A DNA stretch of 33,923 bases from IMG/VR virus record IMGVR_UViG_3300045988_110183. One strand, written 5' to 3'. Origin of the DNA: a virus. Shown here piece after piece: positions 6,692 through 15,954 of this stretch. A program made the translations under genes and the position numbers. Under the pieces are notes generated by a model. It ran no database searches. It was not told where the DNA came from and saw only the letters and a list, made by a program, of their open reading frames with translations. How positions within the stretch are numbered: position 1 is the stretch's first letter; each line of letters begins with the position of its first letter.

Positions 6692-7450
6692 TTATGTCGG
6701 CTGACAGTGGGTAAAGCCGTTGTAGCAATGCCCCACAAAGCCCTCTTTGCGTACATCTTCCCGCAAGATCGCGTCAATCTGTTCCTGCTGTTTGTCAATT
6801 TGCAGTTGCAGATTTCCGGCGGCGTCCTCGGTCAGCTGATCTTTCATGTGGGCAAACCACTTTGCAAATTCGCTTTCAAAAGCCTCCTGATCTGCAAGCG
6901 CGGTGTCGGACAGTTCGCTGAACCACGTTTCGTACTGTTTCTGCATCACGGTCAGGTCGATGCCCTTGAATTTGCAGTACACATACCCGCACAGGTCAGA
7001 ATCCGCGCGCTTGTCGGTAATCATGCTGGAGGTAATCGCGGTAGCACCGGCAGGAACGCGGACATAGTACAGGCACAGATCGTATGTTTCGGCGTCACGA
7101 ATGTAAGCGGGGGCAACCGGCGTAATGGCAGGCGTACCAGCCACGACCATTGCGTGAATATCCCGCGTGTTTACATCGCGCCGAACAACAACCGTGTCAA
7201 TACGGTCAAGCGCGCCGTCGGCATAGCCGAACGTAAGCACAAGCGGGCCGTCGTTCTTGTAGTGGTAGCCGTTCACAATAGCCCAGCCCTCGCCCAGCTG
7301 CGCGGTCATGCCGCCCGCCGGGGTAAGGGTCAGATCACCTTGCTGGCACACGCCGGAATGGAACAGAATATCCGTTGTGGCGGCGGTATCAGCGGTGGTA
7401 TATTTTCTGTCCCCATTGTGCGAGGGGAAGAATCCACTCCATTCACCCAT
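6692..7450 (-). CDS. Putative tail fibre/host-specificity structural protein (252 aa)
   Basis: SD GGAGGA. Placed in the tail module after the Tal-like gene. It has a C-terminal coiled-coil-like segment. The family is not firmly recognised. Confidence 0.55.
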   Translation of the reverse strand: MGEWSGFFPSHNGDRKYTTADTAATTDILFHSGVCQQGDLTLTPAGGMTAQLGEGWAIVNGYHYKNDGPLVLTFGYADGALDRIDTVVVRRDVNTRDIHAMVVAGTPAITPVAPAYIRDAETYDLCLYYVRVPAGATAITSSMITDKRADSDLCGYVYCKFKGIDLTVMQKQYETWFSELSDTALADQEAFESEFAKWFAHMKDQLTEDAAGNLQLQIDKQQEQIDAILREDVRKEGFVGHCYNGFTHCQPT

Positions 7451-8473
7451 TTATAAATCCTCCAAATCTAAGGTTTCGGATTTTGTTTTGCCTGTGACCG
7501 GGTAGACGGTAACGCCGCCGTTTTCGTAGATTTCCTCTACTTCGGTCACGCGCTCGGTCAGGGTCTTGCCGATGGTTGAATCGCCGGTGGTTACTTTGTC
7601 GCCTAAATCCCAATCCTCGGTGTAGACAAAATTTTCAACGTCGGTCGCCGTGCCGGTGAAGTTCTCGGTCTTGATGTGGTCGAACAGCGCCCAGCCGCAT
7701 TGTGTTTTCAGTTCGTTGCGGTATTCCGAATCAGTCTTGCCGTCCGGGGTCACGCTGGAGGCGTCAACATAGCACACCCGCTTGCGGCCACCTTTGGAAC
7801 GGTCAATGGAAACAATGGTGCCGTCGCTGCCGCGCGCATACGCAACATTGCAATAGTCGGATTCATCAAGGCTGTATTCGGCGTCGATGAAGTTCTGAAA
7901 TTCATCTGTGAAATAGACGACCGGGTTGTCCGTCTGCTCGGCGCTGTGGTCTGCGCCCTCGTACACCTGAAACGTGAATTTTTGTTCCGTGCTGTACAGC
8001 AGACGAAAGCCCAGGCCGTATGCTTTGGCAACGGCGGTCATTGCTTTCAGCGTGTTTTTGAAATCCAGCTGTATTGTGATGGCGTCGCCTGTGGGCAGGT
8101 CGGCGCGGTCAACAACCAGTTCAGGCACAGAATCGCGGGCATCTTCGGCAAGCTGGCACAGGATTTCAGCCGGGGTGCCGGTGTAGCTTTTCAAGCCGAT
8201 TACAAGCGCCATGCCGAAATAGATGGACAGCATACGCGCCGACACGGTAAGTTCGTAGCCCTTGATGTCAATGCCCATCACGCGGGCAGATTCCTTGCGG
8301 TCAACCCGGCGCAGAATGACACCGGGCTGCAACAGGGCTATGTTTTCCTCGGTGGCGTACAGGTGCAGTTCTACCTCGCCCGGTTCCCAATAACGCCGAC
8401 GCCAGCGCAGGGAGGAAAACAGGTCAATCACGCCCAGAAATTCACCGCTTTCGGCAAACACATATAATTCCAT
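7451..8473 (-). CDS. Tail-associated protein, Siphovirus Gp37-like/Tal-like (340 aa)
   Basis: N-terminus (MELYVF..GEFLGVID.FSSLRWRRRYWEPGEVELHL) resembles the Gp37-like family. It lies directly downstream of Dit. Confidence 0.6.
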   Translation of the reverse strand: MELYVFAESGEFLGVIDLFSSLRWRRRYWEPGEVELHLYATEENIALLQPGVILRRVDRKESARVMGIDIKGYELTVSARMLSIYFGMALVIGLKSYTGTPAEILCQLAEDARDSVPELVVDRADLPTGDAITIQLDFKNTLKAMTAVAKAYGLGFRLLYSTEQKFTFQVYEGADHSAEQTDNPVVYFTDEFQNFIDAEYSLDESDYCNVAYARGSDGTIVSIDRSKGGRKRVCYVDASSVTPDGKTDSEYRNELKTQCGWALFDHIKTENFTGTATDVENFVYTEDWDLGDKVTTGDSTIGKTLTERVTEVEEIYENGGVTVYPVTGKTKSETLDLEDL

Positions 8474-8476
8474 AAG

Positions 8477-9337
8477 CTATACACCCCAATAGGCGGGCGT
8501 ACTGGAAACAACAACCTCCAGATTGCCGATGCCGCTTTCCGCGTCATAGCGGAATACGTTGTCGCCGGGTTCCGCTTGCAGCCATGTGGAGCCGTACACC
8601 CACAGATTATTTGCGCTTTTTTCAACGCCGTTTTGTTTCAGCTTTACCCGCTTGTTTTTCAACCCTGTTGTTACGGTCAGCACATCACCCGCGTGCATTT
8701 CGCACAGGATTTTGAACCCCTTTTGGCGCTTGACTTCAAACAGGCTGGGGTTGTATACGGTGCCGGTCGCCTTGAATTGCACGGTCAGCCCGCGCGTAAC
8801 ATTACTGCTGTTTTCAATGGTGACAACGAGGTTGGTGCGCTTGGTCGTCATTTCAAAGGGTTCATCAGGTATTTCCATCACATCGTCTGGCCACTCGATA
8901 AGCCCCTCCCATGTAGCCATTTCCACGCGCTCATCGGTAATATCCTTGAATTGCGGGTCGGGGCACATAAGGCTGATCGTTGCCTTGCGCTGCTGGCCGG
9001 TAGGGTCAACATCTACAAATTCGGGCACATAGTCGATCTTGCGGGTGACGTCGCCGTCAGTAACGTACAGGGTGCCGGTTTCGCGCGGGAGGAAAAAGCT
9101 GTACAGCCTTTCCCGCATAGCGCGGTGGTTGTCCTTAATCCAACAGTAGATCACAATGTTCCGCTTGGCGGCGGTGCTGGATTTATAAATTTCGCCGTCC
9201 TGACCGCTGCCTTTTTCGGTTTCAACCTCAAATTCGGATTTTGTAAGGCCGTCCACGTCGTCCAACCACAGCGGCCAGCGGTAGCCGATGACGATACTTT
9301 CCCCGCCGCGCTTGCAGGTCAGCAGGAAATTTCGCAT
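8477..9337 (-). CDS. Distal tail protein (Dit), siphovirus tail component family (286 aa)
   Basis: Lies immediately after the tape measure gene. SD AAAGGGGTGA. Size and position are typical of Dit. Confidence 0.65.
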   Translation of the reverse strand: MRNFLLTCKRGGESIVIGYRWPLWLDDVDGLTKSEFEVETEKGSGQDGEIYKSSTAAKRNIVIYCWIKDNHRAMRERLYSFFLPRETGTLYVTDGDVTRKIDYVPEFVDVDPTGQQRKATISLMCPDPQFKDITDERVEMATWEGLIEWPDDVMEIPDEPFEMTTKRTNLVVTIENSSNVTRGLTVQFKATGTVYNPSLFEVKRQKGFKILCEMHAGDVLTVTTGLKNKRVKLKQNGVEKSANNLWVYGSTWLQAEPGDNVFRYDAESGIGNLEVVVSSTPAYWGV

Positions 9338-9341
9338 AAAA

Positions 9342-12300
9342 TCACCCCTTTAACTTGGCAAGCAGATCGCGGGTAGCAAAGCGGGTCTGCCGTGCGGTTT
9401 CGCCGGGCGACAGCGCTTGCGGGCTGGTTATGTTGACAGTCTGGTTCATGGTGGTGTTGTTGGTAACTGCCCCCGCGCCTGCGCCAGCGGTGGCAAGCGG
9501 CGAACCGTTTACCATAACCGCCATACCAGCGGTGATACCGTCGAGGGTCTTTTGCAGGTACGGCATAGCGCCGCGCATGGCGTCGGCGTAGCCGTGGATA
9601 AAATCAACCGGCCACTTCTCGTAATCGCGCAAGGGGCCTTCGTCCGGGCGGGAAAAGTGCAGCATACTACGGATGTTTTCGGCAATGCCGCGCACCTTTT
9701 CCACCACAGCGTTTGCGGCGGACGTGATACCGCGCGCCAAACCGTTGATGAAGTCAGAACCCCATTGCACAGCCTGCGCGGGCAGTGCCTTGATGTAAGT
9801 GATTGCCTGTGTAATACAGCTGACGGCGGCATTGTAGACCGCCCCGGCAACGCTGGTAATGCCGTTGGCAAGGGCATTGAACATACTGCTGCCGATGCTC
9901 GCAAGCGTACCGGGCAACCCACGGAAAAAGCCTAAAATGCCATTCCAAATGGATTGTACGGTGTTGCTGATACCTTGGCACACGCTGCTGACGATAGACA
10001 GCAGCCCATTCCACGCGGCAGAAACCGCGCCGGAAATTGCCGACATTGCCCCGCTGATAACCGCGTTGATGCCGTTCCAAATCGCTTGTACGGTGCTGCT
10101 GATCGCGCTGCAAACCGTGCTGATTGTAGACAGCAGACCATTCCATGCGGCGGAGACTGCGCTGACAATGGCATTTGCAACGCCGCTGACAACCGCCTTG
10201 ATGCCGTTCCAAATGCCGGAAACAGCGTTGGACAACGCCGACAGGATATTGGAAACATCGCTTTTCAGGGCGGTAAAATCGCCGGTGACTAAATCGCAGA
10301 TCACCAACACGACGCCCAGCACAAGAGTTTTGATGTAGTTCCAGACGTTAGAAAAAATCTCTTTGATGCCGTTAAAGGCGGTCGTCACACCGTCGCCGAT
10401 GGTGCCCCACACCGCTTGCAGGTTGCTGGCGATAGTGGAAACAATACCGCTGACAACGGCTTGAATTGCGCCCCACACAGCGGAGAAAACAGCCTGAATT
10501 GCACTAAGCGCCGTGGAGACAGCGCCGGTAATGCCAGCCCATGCCGCTTGCAGACCGCTGGCGATGGCAGAAACAACGGTGCTGACCGTTGTTTGTATCG
10601 CGTTCCACGCGGCGGAAAATCCCGCCTGCATACCGGCAAGAAACCCCTGTATGCCGCTGATTGCGCCGGAAACAACGCTTTTGATGGCTTCCCACAGTCC
10701 TATCCAGAAATTGCGGAAAGCCTCGCTTTTGTTCCACAGGGTTACAAATGCCACTACCAGTGCCGCAATGCCTGCCACGATCAGCACAACGGGATTTGCG
10801 CCAGATAGCAGACCAAACAGTCCGGAAATAGCGCCCTTTACTTTGCCGACGGTGGAGACGATCTCCGGCGCGGCTTTCAGCACACTTCCCACACTCGACA
10901 CCAACTTGCCGATGAACAGCAAGACCGGCGACAGCACGGCAATGATACCGCCCACGGTCAAGATCACTTTTTGGGTGGATTCGTCCAGACCGCTGAATTT
11001 CTGCACAAGCCCGGAAATGCCCTCGATGATCTGCGTGATAACCGGCAACAGGTTATCCATCAGGTCAATCGCGTTGTTTTTCAGTTCGTTCAGCGCTTTT
11101 GCAAATTTCTGGCTTGTGGTGTTCGTCACCTTTGCAAAGGCGGTGTCGGTGGCACCGGCGCTTTGCTCCATCGTCTGCAAAATTTCGTTGTAGTCGCTGC
11201 CGCTGTTGCGCGCAAGCACCATGGCGGCGGAACCGCCCTCCACACTGCTGAACATATCTTTCAGGGTCTTGCCGTCCTTGGCGGCGGCATCAGAAAGCAT
11301 ATTCAGAATATCGGAGGTGGAATTGCCATCGGCTTTCAGGTCTGCAAAGCCCTTGCCGGTCAGTTCCCGCAAGGTGGTATCCGTAGTACTGCCGGACTTG
11401 GTAAGTTCGTTCAGCATGGATTTCAGGTAAGTGCCGGATTCGGCGGTGGCAATACCGTTCTTGGTAAGCAGCGCATAGGCCGAGGACAACTCGGTCATAT
11501 CGTAGTTGGCAGCTGCCGCCACAGGTATGACCTTGCCCATGCTGGAGGCAAGCTCGTCAACGGTGGTTTTACCCTCGTTCTGGGTGGTAATCAGCAGATC
11601 GCTTATTTTGCTTGCATCTTCGGCTTGCAGCTGGTAGCCGTTGATTGCGGTTGTCATAACGTCCACGGCTTTTGCGGTGTCGGTAAAGCCGCCCTTTGCC
11701 AGCTTGACAGCGGAGGTCGTAAAATCTACGGCATCGCCTGCGTCCACGCTGGCGGAAATGGCGCTGTACACAGCCTCGGAAAAGTCGTTGACAGACACGC
11801 CGGTTTCACTGCTGGCCGCCATGATGTCAGCCTTGTACGCATCAAAATCCGTGCTAGATTCGTCCAACAGGGTACTGACCTTGGCAAAGGCATCTTCAAA
11901 GTCTGCCGCCAGCTTTACACCGGCAACGCCTGCGCCCGCCACAGCAGCGGACACCGGCGCAAGAGCCTTGCCCACGCTGCTGATACCGTCGCCGATAGTC
12001 TGCATCTTATCGCCGACGGCGGAAATACGCTCGCTTAGCGTTTTGGTAGCCGCTTCGCCCGCCCCTGCAAGGTCGTCGTAGGTGGCGGTCATGGTCTCGA
12101 TATTCTTTGTGGTGCTTTCGATTTCGCGGCACAGCTTGCGGTATTCTTCTTGGTTGACCTCGGTGCCGTTTTGCATATCGGCATCAACGGCTTTTTTGGC
12201 TTGCTGTAAAGCGGTCAGTTTATCTTTGCTTGCGGCAATTTCCTTGCTTAACAATTCTTGCTTTTGTGCAAGCAGAACCGTATTTGTGGGGTCTAATTTC

Positions 12301-12434
12301 AGCAGACGATTCAATTTGCCGATTTCGCGGGAAGAACTGCTGATCTTTCCGTTCAGTTCACTTAAAGCCGTGTTGAAATTTTTGGTATCGCCGCCGATCT
12401 CAACAGTAATGCCCTTGATGTTATAGGCAGGCAA
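9342..12434 (-). CDS. Tail tape measure protein (1030 aa), TP901-type core; TTG start
   Basis: Core segment AFAKVSTLLDESSTDF...VYSAISASVDAGDAVDFTTSAVKLAKGGFTD. Long Ala/Ser/Gly-rich repeats with periodic Trp. AAAGGAGG lies 9 nt before the TTG. Confidence 0.9.
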   Translation of the reverse strand: MPAYNIKGITVEIGGDTKNFNTALSELNGKISSSSREIGKLNRLLKLDPTNTVLLAQKQELLSKEIAASKDKLTALQQAKKAVDADMQNGTEVNQEEYRKLCREIESTTKNIETMTATYDDLAGAGEAATKTLSERISAVGDKMQTIGDGISSVGKALAPVSAAVAGAGVAGVKLAADFEDAFAKVSTLLDESSTDFDAYKADIMAASSETGVSVNDFSEAVYSAISASVDAGDAVDFTTSAVKLAKGGFTDTAKAVDVMTTAINGYQLQAEDASKISDLLITTQNEGKTTVDELASSMGKVIPVAAAANYDMTELSSAYALLTKNGIATAESGTYLKSMLNELTKSGSTTDTTLRELTGKGFADLKADGNSTSDILNMLSDAAAKDGKTLKDMFSSVEGGSAAMVLARNSGSDYNEILQTMEQSAGATDTAFAKVTNTTSQKFAKALNELKNNAIDLMDNLLPVITQIIEGISGLVQKFSGLDESTQKVILTVGGIIAVLSPVLLFIGKLVSSVGSVLKAAPEIVSTVGKVKGAISGLFGLLSGANPVVLIVAGIAALVVAFVTLWNKSEAFRNFWIGLWEAIKSVVSGAISGIQGFLAGMQAGFSAAWNAIQTTVSTVVSAIASGLQAAWAGITGAVSTALSAIQAVFSAVWGAIQAVVSGIVSTIASNLQAVWGTIGDGVTTAFNGIKEIFSNVWNYIKTLVLGVVLVICDLVTGDFTALKSDVSNILSALSNAVSGIWNGIKAVVSGVANAIVSAVSAAWNGLLSTISTVCSAISSTVQAIWNGINAVISGAMSAISGAVSAAWNGLLSIVSSVCQGISNTVQSIWNGILGFFRGLPGTLASIGSSMFNALANGITSVAGAVYNAAVSCITQAITYIKALPAQAVQWGSDFINGLARGITSAANAVVEKVRGIAENIRSMLHFSRPDEGPLRDYEKWPVDFIHGYADAMRGAMPYLQKTLDGITAGMAVMVNGSPLATAGAGAGAVTNNTTMNQTVNITSPQALSPGETARQTRFATRDLLAKLKG
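9997..10260 (-). repeat. Tandem 132-bp (44-aa) duplication inside the tape measure gene
   Basis: gacagcagcccattccacgcggc (from 9997) versus gacagcagaccattccatgcggc (from 10129). The protein repeat is AAWNGLLS..(44 aa)..AAWNGLLS. Confidence 0.7.
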
Positions 12435-12498
12435 ATGGAGCCGCCTCCTTTCGTAAGCGGCTCCATTCAGCCCTTAGTGCAGACCATTTACTGCACCG

Positions 12499-13040
12499 TT
12501 ATCCAAAGAATTTGTTGATGTCTGCCTGTGTAGCCTTGATAGGCCACTTGTAGTCGTCGTTTTCACGTTCAATAGCCATATCGTTTACCATGCCCACAGT
12601 CAGCAGGTCAAGATCGCGCAGGGAAATCCCCATCTGACAACACCGCAGCATAAACAGCGGTGTTGTCATTTCGCGGGTCGTCATCCGTGTTTTTTTTTCG
12701 GGGTTGCGGTGGTAAGCGTGTTCAGGTTCCACAGTTCAAGGATCTCCGGCAGAACTTGGTAAATGTCGAAAATCTCAAACTGTTCCAGCCATTCCTCCAC
12801 GCTGCCGGGTACGGCGTCCTTGTCCGCGTGCTTTGCCATGATGTAGGCAACGCTTTCAAACAGCCCCAGATCAGTTGCGGCAAGCTGTTCCTGTTCAGTG
12901 GTGGCTTTCTCGTAGGCGGCGGCAAGTTTTGCCAAATCCTGCATGATGTCACGCCCGAACTTGATGCGGTACAGGCGCGGCACGGCGGCGGTTGCCCGCA
13001 AGCGGACTTCCTTGCCGTCAATATTGATTGTCTTTTCCAT
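12499..13040 (-). CDS. Tail assembly chaperone G-T fusion made by -1 programmed frameshift
   Basis: ORF 12499..12732 is in the -1 frame relative to G and is open across the A9 slippery run. It has no SD of its own. Confidence 0.6.
12681..13040 (-). CDS. Tail assembly chaperone G (119 aa)
   Basis: Position between the major tail and tape measure genes. It ends ...TPKKKHG just after an A9 run. Confidence 0.8.
   Translation of the reverse strand: MEKTINIDGKEVRLRATAAVPRLYRIKFGRDIMQDLAKLAAAYEKATTEQEQLAATDLGLFESVAYIMAKHADKDAVPGSVEEWLEQFEIFDIYQVLPEILELWNLNTLTTATPKKKHG
12690..12698 (-). promoter_or_regulatory. Slippery A9 run (CCG AAA AAA AAA CAC) for the G/G-T -1 frameshift
   Basis: T9 on the plus strand at 12690-12698. 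A frame check (13040 mod 3 = 2, 12732 mod 3 = 0) fits a -1 slip on the minus strand. Confidence 0.6.
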
Positions 13041-13056
13041 GTTATTCTCCTATAAG

Positions 13057-13081
13057 GCGGGTGTTCCACTGGAACACCCGC
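13057..13081. repeat. parS-like palindrome, copy 1 (GCGGGTGTTCCAcTGGAACACCCGC)
   Basis: 12-bp arms. A 20-nt core is identical (in inverted orientation) to the copy at 27312-27330. It lies between the major tail gene and chaperone G. Confidence 0.6.
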
Positions 13082-13093
13082 GCATTCCGGGTC

Positions 13094-13663
13094 TCACTCT
13101 GCCGTGTCGGTGGGCATGGTAACTTTGGTGTACCACGCCTTGCGCACGGCTTCAGTGGCATCGTCGGCGGTATGCGCCTTGATCGTGCCGTCCTTCAGCG
13201 GGGACACGGTAAGGGAGGAACTCTGGGTGTCCGGCTCGGTGCTGTCGTTCTTGGTGTTGCCGGTAATGCCGGGGCGGGTGCCGGAGCAGTTGTACAACAC
13301 GTACTTGCGCCCGGTGATGTCGCCGTCCACCTCAAACAGCAGGGCAAAGTTGCTGGCGGCAGCGTTGGCGTTCTCGACGATCAGGCCGTTCTTGCTTTTC
13401 GTCATGCCCCAAATGTCGGTCAGCATGGATTCCGGGAACATTGCCACTTCCAGATCGCCGGAATAGCCGTTGTTGGACTGGCAGACGTAGTACACAACAC
13501 CGTCCGCGTAGAACTTGGAAACGTCACCCTCGGCGTCAAGGCTAAGGGAAACCGCACCGGGCACGGCAACCGGGGTTGCAAAGGTAACAGCGCCGTCATC
13601 GCTGGCGGTCTGCTTTGCGTAGTGTACTTTTTTCAGGTTGAACAAAACTTTATCTTTAGGCAT
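13094..13663 (-). CDS. Major tail protein, phi13-like family (189 aa)
   Basis: N-terminus (FNLKKVHYA...FATPVAVPGAVSLSLDAEGD) and position upstream of the G/G-T chaperones. SD GAGGTG. Confidence 0.8.
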   Translation of the reverse strand: MPKDKVLFNLKKVHYAKQTASDDGAVTFATPVAVPGAVSLSLDAEGDVSKFYADGVVYYVCQSNNGYSGDLEVAMFPESMLTDIWGMTKSKNGLIVENANAAASNFALLFEVDGDITGRKYVLYNCSGTRPGITGNTKNDSTEPDTQSSSLTVSPLKDGTIKAHTADDATEAVRKAWYTKVTMPTDTAE

Positions 13664-13665
13664 TT

Positions 13666-13953
13666 TTACACCTCAATTTCGTAGATGACGTATTGCATTT
13701 GTTCATCGTCAATATAGATTTCTTCGGACTTACTGTAAAAGATTCCGGCGGCAGTCAGGGCGGTTTCCAGCTGTTGTTCTGCGCCGGGGTCTTTTTCAGC
13801 TGTGTACAGTTCCAGCGCGTAGCGGGTCTTTTTGGTGTACACAACACCGTCTGCCGCAAAAGGGGTATCGCGTTCAAAATAGAACACGCCAAAGGGCAGC
13901 GCGTGGCCTTTTTTCCATGCACGGTAAGCAAACGGCAGCCCGCTGGAATCCAA
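13666..13953 (-). CDS. Putative tail terminator/tail completion protein (95 aa from the TTG start; may start at CTG 13980)
   Basis: Lies directly upstream of the major tail gene. The frame stays open upstream, and GGAGGT (13993-13988) lies 7 nt before an in-frame CTG at 13980. Confidence 0.5.
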   Translation of the reverse strand: MDSSGLPFAYRAWKKGHALPFGVFYFERDTPFAADGVVYTKKTRYALELYTAEKDPGAEQQLETALTAAGIFYSKSEEIYIDDEQMQYVIYEIEV

Positions 13954-14007
13954 AACGGTTTTTAATTCTGCTTGGGTCAGCTGTAAGACCTCCGTTTCAT
14001 CTTTTTA

Positions 14008-14036
14008 TTGCATAGATCGTGCTTTTCTGCTATGCT
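14008..14036 (+). promoter_or_regulatory. Candidate promoter of the plus-strand exonuclease moron
   Basis: TTGCAT (14008-14013), 17-nt spacer, TATGCT (14031-14036), followed by the box TAAATGCGAAAG (14045-14056). Confidence 0.45.
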
Positions 14037-14067
14037 GTAAGTAATAAATGCGAAAGGGTGTTGAACT

Positions 14068-14967
14068 ATGGCAAAGTGTAAACGCTGCGGGAAATGGGGA
14101 CTTTTCCTCAAGCTGGACAAAGACGGAAACTGCGTTGCCTGTCAACGTGAACTCGCCGAACAGCGCGAGGCTGAACTCCGCCGTCAGCGGGAAGAAGAAA
14201 AGCGCCGCCGGGAAGAAAAGCGCGCAGCCTTTTGGAAAGAAATGGACGAACTTCCCCGCGCCGAAATCCACACGGACGGAAAGAAGCATCGGGCTCAGCC
14301 CATCAGCTACATAAAAGATGAAATCTCCTATGCGCGCGTCACCAAGAGAAGCAACCCCGCAAAATTTGCGGATTTCGTCGTACTGGATACTGAAACCACC
14401 GGGCTTTCCTGCACAAAGGACGCCGTGTTGGAAGTTGCGGCAATCAAAGTAAAGAGTTATAAATTTATTGAGGTATTCCATACAATGATTACCCCCCCCC
14501 CGCAAAAACTTGAAACAGCTTCCGCTAAAGAGGCTATGTCAATCAATGGCATAACGCCGGAAATGCTGGAGGGTGCGCCCGCGCTGTATCAAATCATTCC
14601 GTCTTTGCAGGAATTTATCGGAGATATGCCCCTGCTTGGGCACAACCTTGAATTTGATTTGAAATTCTTGTGCCGCGCCGGGCTTGACATCACGATTGAT
14701 AAGCGAAAGTTTTTCGATAGCTATGTGCTGGCGGGAAGTATCCTCAAAAAGCCAAAATGGGAATATGACAGCGAACTGGGGTGCTATTCCCCGAACTATG
14801 ACAAACCCTATGACATATCAGACTATAAGCTAGATACACTTTGCCGCTACTACGCCATAGACCGCGCAGACGAACACCGCGCATTAGGGGATTGCATAGA
14901 TACAGCAAGGGTTTTTAGATGCCTCTTGCAAGAAAAAATAGATACCACAGAAGATTTTGACGCTTGA
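14068..14967 (+). CDS. Zinc-ribbon + coiled-coil + DEDDh (DnaQ/epsilon-like) 3'-5' exonuclease domain protein (299 aa)
   Basis: CKRCGKWG...CVAC zinc ribbon. ExoI VVLDTETTGL, ExoII LGHNLEFDLKFL, ExoIII HRALGDCIDTARVF. It is antisense to the surrounding late operon. Confidence 0.85.
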   Translation: MAKCKRCGKWGLFLKLDKDGNCVACQRELAEQREAELRRQREEEKRRREEKRAAFWKEMDELPRAEIHTDGKKHRAQPISYIKDEISYARVTKRSNPAKFADFVVLDTETTGLSCTKDAVLEVAAIKVKSYKFIEVFHTMITPPPQKLETASAKEAMSINGITPEMLEGAPALYQIIPSLQEFIGDMPLLGHNLEFDLKFLCRAGLDITIDKRKFFDSYVLAGSILKKPKWEYDSELGCYSPNYDKPYDISDYKLDTLCRYYAIDRADEHRALGDCIDTARVFRCLLQEKIDTTEDFDA

Positions 14968-15354
14968 TTACTTAGAGTAAATTTTCTTTACGCCCTCAAT
15001 CATGCGTTTGACAGCGCTTTCTTCGGCGGGTTTGATGTGCGGGTATGCCCGCACACGCCCGCCGTTTTTCTTTGCGTGTCCGTTTTCCAGCAGGTGCGTC
15101 AGCTGCCATGCGGATTTATTGCGCACCCGCATACGCAAGCTGTCGCTATCTTCCCACTCTTGGGTGACAGTCCAGCCTTTGCGGTATTTCCCGGTTCTCT
15201 TGGGCGAGGCTTTTTTGATCTCACTTTTGCAGGTTTCGGCAATTTCTTGAATCAGTTCCTTGGTTTCAGCGGTTTTGGCTTTGGAATATGATTCAAGCAT
15301 CTGTCTTACTACGGTAGCCATTTCCTCCGGCTTGACCTTAATAGAATTGCTCAC
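14968..15354 (-). CDS. HK97 gp10-like tail/head-tail joining component (128 aa from GTG 15354)
   Basis: KRTGKYRKGW ... ENGHAKKNGGRVRAYPHIKPA resembles the gp10 family. The GTG overlaps the upstream stop (GTGA). Confidence 0.65.
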   Translation of the reverse strand: MSNSIKVKPEEMATVVRQMLESYSKAKTAETKELIQEIAETCKSEIKKASPKRTGKYRKGWTVTQEWEDSDSLRMRVRNKSAWQLTHLLENGHAKKNGGRVRAYPHIKPAEESAVKRMIEGVKKIYSK

Positions 15355-15662
15355 GAAATGCCCTTTCTGGTGGCGGCGTACAGCTCCAGTGTGTCCGGGC
15401 TGGATTGATAGGTGCGGTACAACTGTTTTTTCACACCATGCAGCAGGGCGTATTTCTGCCCGCTGTAATCCCATGGGCGCAGCACGATCTTTTCAACCTC
15501 GCTGTACCCACGGCTGCCCGCCGTAAAGGATTCCTCCCGGCTTACACTTTTGATGTCACCGTAAACGGTGGTACGCCCGGTTTCGGTTTCCACCTGCAAG
15601 CCGATTGCATCGGTGCCGGAGGTGTCCGTGTCGATCAGGATAATTTCATCACTGAAATACAT
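15351..15662 (-). CDS. Head closure / head-tail adaptor protein (SPP1 gp16-like, 103 aa)
   Basis: Position after the gp6-like connector. SD GGAGGG. Size and beta-rich sequence are typical of the family. Confidence 0.6.
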   Translation of the reverse strand: MYFSDEIILIDTDTSGTDAIGLQVETETGRTTVYGDIKSVSREESFTAGSRGYSEVEKIVLRPWDYSGQKYALLHGVKKQLYRTYQSSPDTLELYAATRKGIS

Positions 15663-15663
15663 A

Positions 15664-15936
15664 TCAGCCCTCCAGATAATCCCCGCACAGGCTCAAGCTG
15701 ACCGCAAGGCTTTCATAGCTTTTCTGGTAGCGTTCGGCATCGCTGCCGCCGTACCCGAAATTGCCCTTGCAGTACAGCTTGACCGCCTGCTTGATAAGAG
15801 GGTCGTCGTCGCTGATCTTTACGACACCACGTTTGCGCAGATCAGCTTTGCAGGCAGCAATCAAATCTGTAAGTTCATCATCAAACGCAGTGTTGTTCTT
15901 GTTGCGCAGCACCCACACTCTTGCAAGTTCAAGCAC
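15664..15936 (-). CDS. gp6-like head-tail connector protein (90 aa, GTG start)
   Basis: Immediately downstream of the capsid gene. SD GGAGGTG. Pattern ...DDELTDLIAACKADLRKRGV...LIKQAVKLY. Confidence 0.65.
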   Translation of the reverse strand: MLELARVWVLRNKNNTAFDDELTDLIAACKADLRKRGVVKISDDDPLIKQAVKLYCKGNFGYGGSDAERYQKSYESLAVSLSLCGDYLEG

Positions 15937-15954
15937 GGTTTACACCTCCGGGGG

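Noticed and set aside
13057-13081. Reading the GC-rich palindrome between the major tail and chaperone genes as a simple Rho-independent terminator.
   Set aside because: No U-tract follows it on the coding (minus) strand. An identical core recurs upstream of the ParB-like gene, so a shared protein- or RNA-level function seems more likely than plain termination. Attenuation is not excluded.
14005-14505. 166-aa minus-strand ORF opposite the exonuclease gene, which would fill the gap in the late operon.
   Set aside because: It has no SD, and its sequence is Phe/Leu/Cys-rich and unlike a protein. The plus-strand frame has complete DEDDh motifs, so the minus-strand ORF is a shadow.
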